From Candidatus Moraniibacteriota bacterium (GTDB lineage: Bacteria; Patescibacteriota; Minisyncoccia; Moranbacterales; UBA1568): a DNA stretch of 64,000 bases. Below are positions 58,701 through 64,000 of the stretch, piece by piece. The translations under genes were made by a program, and so were the position numbers. Location: assembly GCA_016182385.1 (NCBI GenBank), contig JACPGV010000002.1:125190-189189 (forward strand). The letters run 5' to 3'. Every line of letters begins with the position of its first letter. The first letter of the stretch is position 1. The notes beneath the pieces were generated by a model that worked only from the letters and a program-made list of their open reading frames with translations, was not told the DNA's origin and made no database searches.

Positions 58701-58949
58701 ATCTCCCTTCATCCGATGGTAGCGGACGATCGTATCCTCAATGGCGAGCATCGCGGCATGGCCGGCATGAAGCGTGCCGGTGACATTCGGCGGGGGAAGG
58801 ACGATCGAAAAAGTCGGTTTCGTTTCGTCAGTGATATTTTTTTTGATGCAGATATCGGGATTGAAGAGACCGCTTTCTTCCCATTTGGAATAAAGCTCGT
58901 TTTCCCACTCCTTGGCATCGTATGTTTTCGGAATATTGTTTTCATTCAT
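55749..58949 (-). CDS. valS: valyl-tRNA synthetase with an inserted histidine-phosphatase (PGAM-like) domain
   Basis: 1066 aa; class I motifs PPPNVTGTLHAGHA (HIGH) and KMSKSLGN; WCISRQIWFGHRIPVWYC and DPDTLDTWFSSGLW anchors; C-terminal coiled coil. Between the CxxC pairs (LSCKKE ... CEYCGHH) lies a domain of about 190 aa with FVRHGETDWN, SSHLSRAHETAKII, ITSHGAVLRAL. Confidence 0.9.
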   Translation of the reverse strand: MNENNIPKTYDAKEWENELYSKWEESGLFNPDICIKKNITDETKPTFSIVLPPPNVTGTLHAGHAAMLAIEDTIVRYHRMKGDRTLWIPGTDHAAVATQSKVENILWKEEQKTRFDLGREEFLKRIETFAQQSHDTIVHQTKKMGASLDWSREAYTLDEKRSLSVRTAFKKMYDDGLIYRGYRVVNWTIKGQSTCSDDEVVTIERQAKLYTFRYSKNFPIAIATTRPETKLGDTAIAVHPDDERYKKYIGQTFTADVGSAKPLAIKIIADESVDPAFGTGAVGVTPAHSHADFEMRERHPEIDLIQVIDTDGTMTAEAGQDYAHLTTLEAREKFVLWLRENDLIEKEEDITQNVGTSDRYEDVLEIIPMRQWFVAVNKEFDHSGKKTTLKQLMREAVGPGKITLLPERFSKTYFHWIDNLRDWCISRQIWFGHRIPVWYCLSCKKERINATVKSRWFFVRHGETDWNKKEINAGTTDIPLNETGREQARLTAEKLAAENIGVIFSSHLSRAHETAKIIGKKIGVDEIIIDDRLQERNMGKAEGLSYSETKKRFPDLQKYNGKSANNESYEEAENRIWKAVSEHLEKHSHKNVLITSHGAVLRALWRKIQGVTPESIMNIKRFPNATPLSIDILKPCEYCGHHFFEQDPDTLDTWFSSGLWTFSTLGWPDENAVDFKNYHPTSLLETGYDILFFWVARMILMTEYLLDTHPFDTIYLHGLVRDEQGRKMSKSLGNVIDPLTVSEKYGADALRMALISGSTPGNDLRLSDEKIVMMRNFTNKLWNLARYVGTMTEKTNTPPEPKTDADQYLIKKLHAIVRDITRHLERYELSLAAEELREFTWGDFADWYVEVHKVEKNDALLRYAFDKILKLWHPFMPFVTEAIHQTFHFDTNEFLMIAKWPEFDTTKLEIATENRFELVKGLISTIRNVRAAYHIDPAQKMTVSAFGESEQTLRGNEEIFKRLARIDKLQTLKSAVAPKNTLRVQYGLLSAFLHLDGVVDIAKERARFTKEKDEKEKYIATLEAKLSNKNFIERAKKEIIETKHGKLKESQKQLLDIKNHLASLQN

Positions 58950-59277
58950 ATGGTGTACGATACCAAAAAAAAGACTTTATTTCAAGGAAAAAAGAAAAGA
59001 CCGATGGATGATACCATACGGTCTTCGGGAGTTCTTGAATCATGACGGCGACACTTCCTGACCGACCTGCTTCGTTGCCGTGAATATATTGTCCCCGGTC
59101 GTTGTAGACATAATAGACGTCATCCATCGGGCCTAAGCGTTTTTTATTGTGGGCGTCGGCTTTTTTGATGGCTTTATCTTTTGAGTCAAAATCTCCCACT
59201 AAATAATCTTCTTTGGCGAAGAGGTCGACACCAACAACTCGGGTCTGGCCAGAAGGCGCTTTAAGTTGGGCATTCAT
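58942..59277 (-). CDS. hypothetical protein (112 aa)
   Basis: Start at MNAQLKAPSGQ preceded by SD AAAGGAGA; stop overlaps the valS start by 8 nt (operon). Confidence 0.45.
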   Translation of the reverse strand: MNAQLKAPSGQTRVVGVDLFAKEDYLVGDFDSKDKAIKKADAHNKKRLGPMDDVYYVYNDRGQYIHGNEAGRSGSVAVMIQELPKTVWYHPSVFSFFLEIKSFFWYRTPYE

Positions 59278-59611
59278 CTTGATCTCCTTTTTAAAATAAC
59301 TGTTCCAAAATAGAACCTGACAGTGTAGCAAGATTTTAATTGTCAATGGCGTGCGTCGTTATCAGTAAGAGGTGTGTAATGCAAGTAATGATATCTTTTA
59401 GGTTGAAGAGCAATATTTTTATATACAGTGGACACTAAAAAACATTTAAAATGAATTAAACAAAATAGAACAAAATAGAATAGTCTTACAATTTACGCAA
59501 TTGCTTAAATTGTAAGACTTTTTTGTGGTGGTAGTAGAGAGAGATGTTTTTAGTGTAAAGGTAGGTTCGCGTCGGCCCACCCGTAGCAAGGATAGCGTGG
59601 CGGGTAGAGAT

Positions 59612-60775
59612 TTAGCACAATGGTAGATTGGCGTCTGGATCAAGTGAGAGAAAATTTGTTTTGAGTTTTTCGCGGCTGGTATTATCCATGTTCGCGTAGC
59701 GGTAGGCGGCGGCGACACCGATCATCGCAGCGTTGTCGAGGGAGTAAGCAAATTCTGGCGTAGAGAATATCACTTCATCACTTGGAGGTTTAGCCTCTAA
59801 GTTGATGGAGTGGATTGTGTTGTGGAGTTGTTCGCGTAAGCGCACGTTGGCTGAGACACCTCCGGCGATAGTAAATGTTTTTGGTCGATATTCAAGAATC
59901 GCCTTTTTTGATTTTTCGACGAGCACATCAACGACCGCTTCTTGAAATTCGTGACAGACCATATCGATAAATGTTTTATCTTTTATTTCCGCCTCGTGTT
60001 TTTTGAGAAAATAGAGCACCGCGGTTTTCAGTCCAGAAAAAGAAAAATTATAGTTGTTGGTATCTATCATCGGTCGAGGAAATAATTTTTTGTTTGTCGT
60101 ATTATTTTCGTTGCGATAGATGTCGGCGCGTTTGGCGACAAGGGGACCGCCGGGATAAGAAAGCCCAAGCATTTTGGCTACTTTGTCGAATGCTTCACCG
60201 GCGGCATCATCTTGTGTTTCGCCCAAAAGCTCATAATGGAAATGGTTACGCATGAGCATAAGTTGTGTGTGTCCACCAGAGACGATAAGCGCGATCAGGG
60301 GAAAGAGAGAGTGCTGAGTATTGAATAGGGAATCAAATTCACCTTTCGTATTTTTTTGATTTTTATCGATAGTTGGTAGGTCATTTTCGATATTTTGCGA
60401 ACCGACAAAGTTTGCGTATATGTGCCCTTCCAGGTGATTGATACCGATAAGCGGTTTTTTCCAAACAAGAGACAGTGTTTTGGCGGCAGTAACACCGATA
60501 AGAAGCGCCGGCATAAGCCCGGGTCCTTGAGTGACGGCGATAAGGTCAATGTTTTTTGGAGTCATTTTTGCGCGCTCCAAAGTTTCTTCGATCACGGGAA
60601 CAATGTTTTTGATATGTTCGCGCGAGGCGAGATCGGGGACGACACCACCCCATTTGGCATGGAGCGAGGCCTGAGAAGATACAGTGTTGACAACGACGGA
60701 CGCGATATTATCTTGCCATTTTATGATAGCGGCAGCTGTTTCGTCACAGGATGTTTCGAGAGAGAGAATATTCAT
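59612..60775 (-). CDS. tsaD: tRNA N6-threonylcarbamoyladenosine synthase TsaD (Kae1/Gcp family)
   Basis: 387 aa; MNILSLETSCDETAAAI, GHIYAN, SGGHTQL, metal-binding GxxFD motifs; small N/T-rich insertion. Confidence 0.85.
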   Translation of the reverse strand: MNILSLETSCDETAAAIIKWQDNIASVVVNTVSSQASLHAKWGGVVPDLASREHIKNIVPVIEETLERAKMTPKNIDLIAVTQGPGLMPALLIGVTAAKTLSLVWKKPLIGINHLEGHIYANFVGSQNIENDLPTIDKNQKNTKGEFDSLFNTQHSLFPLIALIVSGGHTQLMLMRNHFHYELLGETQDDAAGEAFDKVAKMLGLSYPGGPLVAKRADIYRNENNTTNKKLFPRPMIDTNNYNFSFSGLKTAVLYFLKKHEAEIKDKTFIDMVCHEFQEAVVDVLVEKSKKAILEYRPKTFTIAGGVSANVRLREQLHNTIHSINLEAKPPSDEVIFSTPEFAYSLDNAAMIGVAAAYRYANMDNTSREKLKTNFLSLDPDANLPLC

Positions 60776-60973
60776 ATGTTTACTCTACCGACCGGAAGGA
60801 GAAATGGCAAGAAAGGAAGATGCTTGCTTTTTGGTGGGTTTTTGCTAGAATGTTTTCGCAGATGGCTTCTGTTTTTTTGTATTCGTTTTTATTTGTTATA
60901 CAAAAACAAAGAGCACCGAGGAGGATTATATTGAAAAAAAGCAGAGAGAAGCAAATAGGTAAATTTCATAGAC

Positions 60974-61045
60974 GGCCCCATCGTCTATCGGTTAGGACAT
61001 CAGGTTTTCATCCTGAAAAGAGGGGTTCGATTCCCCTTGGGGCTA
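60974..61045 (+). tRNA. tRNA-Glu (anticodon TTC)
   Basis: Same scaffold as tRNA-Glu(CTC) at 31478 but D-loop TCGGTTAGG and anticodon loop TTTTCAT. Confidence 0.8.
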
Positions 61046-61199
61046 CAGATTAACCAAAACCTCCATGATGATTCCTGGAGGTTTTGGTTTATGTATCTAG
61101 GGGGAATCGAAGGGCGCGAGTAGAATCTGAGCGAGCGAGGATTCTGTGTGTAGCGCCCAGGCTCCGAGTCGGAGCGAGGAGGATTCCCCTTGGGGCTAC
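61046..61199 (+). repeat. tRNA-linked structured repeat element, second copy of the 31550-31703 element (hairpin loop reverse-complemented: TGATGATTCC)
   Basis: About 99% identical to 31550-31703 outside the 10-nt loop; ends with GGATTCCCCTTGGGGCTAC. Confidence 0.75.
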
Positions 61200-61247
61200 C
61201 AATTGAAACAAACATCTACTCTTTCAGGAGCAGATGTTTGTTTTTGT

Positions 61248-61391
61248 GTTTCAGAAAAATCGAACCAGCAGGAGTGAGTAGCGAGCGAAGGTGAGCTAAA
61301 CGAGTGTCGACGGATGTGAATGAGCATCCGTCGCTACCCAGAACAATGAAGCGGTCAGTAGGCCGCGAGGCGGAATTTTTCTTGGGGTTAC
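61248..61391 (+). repeat. tRNA-linked structured repeat element, tandem unit 2 (antisense T-arm piece AAATCGAACCAGCAGG; core GAGTAGCGAGCGAAGGTGAGCTAAACGAGTGTCGACGGATG...; ends with degenerate tRNA-Glu 3' copy GGAATTTTTCTTGGGGTTAC)
   Basis: Preceded by hairpin terminator AAACAAACATCTACTC..GAGCAGATGTTTGTTTTT; the core is shared with 29700-29853 with compensatory hairpin changes. Confidence 0.7.
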
Positions 61392-61546
61392 TGATGAGTT
61401 AAAAAGTTCCTAGGCTTGTTTTGGGAGCTTTTTAATTTTGAATATGTTGCAATGGCGTTGCGGCACGCTTCGTTGACTTTTTTGGCATGTATGTTTAACT
61501 GGATAACAAGAGGGATTCTCTTCAAACACTACGAAGGAGGCTCGTA

Positions 61547-62098
61547 ATGCACTCAATTTTTGAAGAAGAAAAGCGTTCTTTAGCACTTTTGCCTAGCTAT
61601 CTTGCCATGATAGAGGCCTCGGTCGATTCGAAGATGTTTCGACAATTGTTTGTGACCGAATATGATGGTAGTCACACTGATGTTATTGGCAATGGCGATC
61701 TTGCCTGCGCTTTTTATGTGTCGGCGCTACTCCATATATTCAATTTGGTGAAGACGGGAGTACACACTACGGTTGACAAGACGGAGTGGGACATGACGGT
61801 TCTTTCTCAGTGGTATCTGTTGCCATCGAATACTGTTTCGGTTATGCGTCACCATCTGTCACAAATGCCCCGAGGAAGTGTCATTATCTGGGGAAAGAAA
61901 ATGTGTACCGATGGTTTGCAGCATCGTCACATCGGTTTTTATATGGGCGAAAAAGAGGCCATTAGTAATAGGCCCGATCAAGGCTCTCCTCAGAGACACC
62001 ATTATACTTTTGGGGAAAATGACGATGGCAGTCCGGTGAGGCCCATTGAAAAGGTGTACTTTCATCCTTTGCTCGAAGCCTTACCGACCGTAGAATAA
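61547..62098 (+). CDS. hypothetical protein, possibly papain-like (NlpC/P60/CHAP-type Cys...His) fold
   Basis: 183 aa; GDLACAFYVSALL (candidate nucleophile Cys) and HRHIGFYMG (candidate His); weak. Confidence 0.4.
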   Translation: MHSIFEEEKRSLALLPSYLAMIEASVDSKMFRQLFVTEYDGSHTDVIGNGDLACAFYVSALLHIFNLVKTGVHTTVDKTEWDMTVLSQWYLLPSNTVSVMRHHLSQMPRGSVIIWGKKMCTDGLQHRHIGFYMGEKEAISNRPDQGSPQRHHYTFGENDDGSPVRPIEKVYFHPLLEALPTVE

Positions 62099-62292
62099 AC
62101 ATCATACCGCGGAATACAGACTTGTTGTTCCCGGTTACAAAAATTTACCGGCAAATTTTGTCGGTTTTTTATTTTCGAACAGAGCAAAAAAACGACAAAA
62201 GTCTGATTGAGCGCTTCGTGCATCTTTATTTTTTTGGAGATGTTGGAGAGAGAATCGAGAATGAAAGAAGGATATCCGTGAGTGAGTATATA

Positions 62293-63549
62293 TCAAAACT
62301 CCAGGGTATGAGTTTCCGCTATCTTGCCATAGGCGAGGGCGCTTGGGCGGACGGTGCGTTTCTGTGTCACATAATCGATCTCGATGAGACCAAAGCGCGG
62401 CCAAAATCCTTTATCCCACTCGAAATTGTCGAGGAGCGACCAATAGAAGTAACCACGGACATCGATACCCATCTCGATAGCCTGATGGATAAAACGCAAA
62501 TGTTCTTTGATAAATGATTCGCGTTTTGTGTCGAGCGCGTCGGCTAGGCCATTCTCGGTGATATAAAGAGGGAGATGAAAACTATTCAGCCAGCGCAAAA
62601 TATGGAAAATACCTTCGGGATAGACTTCCCATCCCAAATCGCTTTCGGAATGATCTTTATTGTGATCGCGGCGAATAAACTTTAGTCGATTGTGAAAATA
62701 ATATTGCACGGTAAGAAAATCATGATGTCCACGGGTAAGACGAAGCATGTATTCATTGGTGAAAAAATGAGCAATGCTGACACTTAGCTTGTCTAGCCAT
62801 GATGTTTTTTGGTAGGGGACAAAGGATTGTAAAATATTGGCGAGACCCACCTCTGCATTTGAATCGATTTTGTGAATAGCATGAAAAGCGCGATTGTGCG
62901 CTCTGGCAAGAATATGAAATACGCGATACGCGCGCCAGAGGCTTTTTTCTTGAGGTGGCCAATTACCATTTACATAAGAGGCTCCGATAACAGAAGTTGG
63001 CTCGTTGAGCGTGATCCAAAAGCGTACCTCATTTTTATATTGCGAAACAATATGTTTTGCGTACCGCTCAAAGTACTTTGGAAACTCTTGACTGTGTACG
63101 CCACCTTTTTCGGCGAGCCAGAGAGGGAGTGTCCAGTGCCACAGAGTTACAAAGGGCTCCAGTCCGCGTTCATGGAGAGTCGTGAGTACTTCGTGGTAAT
63201 GATCGATGGCTTCTTGATTGAATTTTCCTTCTTCTGGTTCGATGCGAGACCACTCGATGGAGAAACGATGAGCATTGTGATGTAATGATTGCGCTAAATC
63301 AAAATCCTCGCGGAATTTTTTGTAATGATCACAAGCGGCGCCGGAAAGGTAGTTTTTTGGATTTTCTGCTTCCGGTTGAATACGCTCCCAGTGCGGAAGA
63401 TGTCCAAATTTTTTGTAGGCTTCTTTGGCGAGGCGGACGGCATTTTTCTTTTCCCACTCAGACCAGTCATTGCGCGTATGGCCCTCTACTTGATGGGATG
63501 AGGTAGCGGCGCCCCAGAGGAAATCTTTTGGAAAACGAAGAAGCGTCAT
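62293..63549 (-). CDS. glycoside hydrolase family 1 beta-glucosidase
   Basis: 418 aa; FLWGAATSSHQVEG, catalytic acid/base TLNEP and nucleophile ITENG motifs, YFYWSLLDNFEW. Confidence 0.85.
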   Translation of the reverse strand: MTLLRFPKDFLWGAATSSHQVEGHTRNDWSEWEKKNAVRLAKEAYKKFGHLPHWERIQPEAENPKNYLSGAACDHYKKFREDFDLAQSLHHNAHRFSIEWSRIEPEEGKFNQEAIDHYHEVLTTLHERGLEPFVTLWHWTLPLWLAEKGGVHSQEFPKYFERYAKHIVSQYKNEVRFWITLNEPTSVIGASYVNGNWPPQEKSLWRAYRVFHILARAHNRAFHAIHKIDSNAEVGLANILQSFVPYQKTSWLDKLSVSIAHFFTNEYMLRLTRGHHDFLTVQYYFHNRLKFIRRDHNKDHSESDLGWEVYPEGIFHILRWLNSFHLPLYITENGLADALDTKRESFIKEHLRFIHQAIEMGIDVRGYFYWSLLDNFEWDKGFWPRFGLIEIDYVTQKRTVRPSALAYGKIAETHTLEF

Positions 63550-63846
63550 AAGAAGATAAAAAAATCAGAAAGAAATCTTATTCAAATTGTACTATACACT
63601 GATGAAAAAAGAAAAAAACCACAAATACATGATTTGTGGTGGAATACGGTGAAGGTTTGGTTTAGCTTGAGATGTTGATTTCTCAGCAGAGGTTTTCGCG
63701 TGCTTGCTTATACCTCATCCAAAACGAGGGCAACCACCTATAGTCTGATCTTAGATCCGCGAGATAATGTCTTGCTTCAGATATCAAAAGTTTTTTCCGG
63801 TCAACATTGACTTTTTGGCTTAAAAAAAGTATTTTGTAAATATACT

Positions 63847-64000
63847 ATGGATGAAACGTTTCATTTTCCCGATCCCAAGACCACTATACCAAAGCAACGA
63901 TTTTTCCAACGGATGATCGAGATGATTCCCGGATTTTTGACGTGGACCACGCTTTTGGGCATGCTAGCCCTTTCTTTCTTTTTGCCGGTGTGGGCGGCGA
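63847..64000 (+). CDS. hypothetical membrane protein, N-terminal fragment (continues beyond window)
   Basis: MDETFHFPDPKTTIPKQRFFQRMIEMIPGFLTWTTLLGMLALSFFLPVWAA; TM helix begins; open to the window end. Confidence 0.35.
   Translation, partial: MDETFHFPDPKTTIPKQRFFQRMIEMIPGFLTWTTLLGMLALSFFLPVWAA

Noticed and set aside
62122-62517. 131-aa plus-strand ORF
   Set aside because: It overlaps the 3' end of the confidently assigned GH1 beta-glucosidase on the opposite strand; no motif or RBS.

Overview
The window is a 64 kb chromosomal segment at about 45% GC. Several features point to a reduced-genome, probably Patescibacteria/CPR-like bacterium, but this is inference:
- a 16S rRNA gene with divergent universal primer sites, unlinked from any 23S;
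- two GT39/PMT-like membrane glycosyltransferases;
- lysine-rich tails on ribosomal proteins;
- an RpoA without alpha-CTD;
- small ribosomal genes such as rpmG and rpmJ that the ORF track missed.

Standard genetic code: conserved genes read through cleanly and several end in TGA (for example murA).

Content in order:
- Cell-envelope and division genes: murA 3' end, mreB, two GT1 glycosyltransferases, holB, ftsQ-like, two GT39-like membrane glycosyltransferases.
- A cluster with a giant E/K-rich coiled-coil protein and a membrane-anchored VirB4/VirD4-family ATPase, suggesting a type IV secretion or conjugation-like apparatus.
- rmuC, a GT4 phospho-sugar transferase and a DUF192 protein.
- prfA-prmC, rpmE, rpsB-tsf.
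- A tRNA cluster (Thr, Tyr, Thr, rpmG, Trp, Glu) and isoprenoid genes (polyprenyl synthase, uppS).
- infA-rpmJ-rpsM-rpsK-rpsD-rpoA-rplQ-rplM-rpsI.
- An orphan 16S rRNA with its own promoter and terminator.
- A low-GC islet carrying an HTH-Fic gene with a degenerate active-site motif, then a VIT/CCC1 transporter and an Ig-like surface protein.
- M23 peptidase, SIMPL, DoxX, four minus-strand tRNAs (Arg, His, Arg, Lys), VanW, Hsp20.
- valS-tsaD, tRNA-Glu(TTC), a GH1 beta-glucosidase.

Two observations stand out:
- valS carries a complete histidine-phosphatase (PGAM-like, RHG...SHG) domain inserted in-frame between the two CxxC pairs of its zinc knuckle.
- A family of structured repeat elements of about 80-160 nt sits immediately downstream of at least five tRNA genes, twice in tandem. 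Each unit is bounded by a degenerate antisense copy of the tRNA T-arm and a sense copy of the last 17-20 nt of the tRNA. Units share a GC-rich core motif and show compensatory hairpin changes. A sixth locus next to tRNA-Arg(TCG) carries only the core motif, on the opposite strand.
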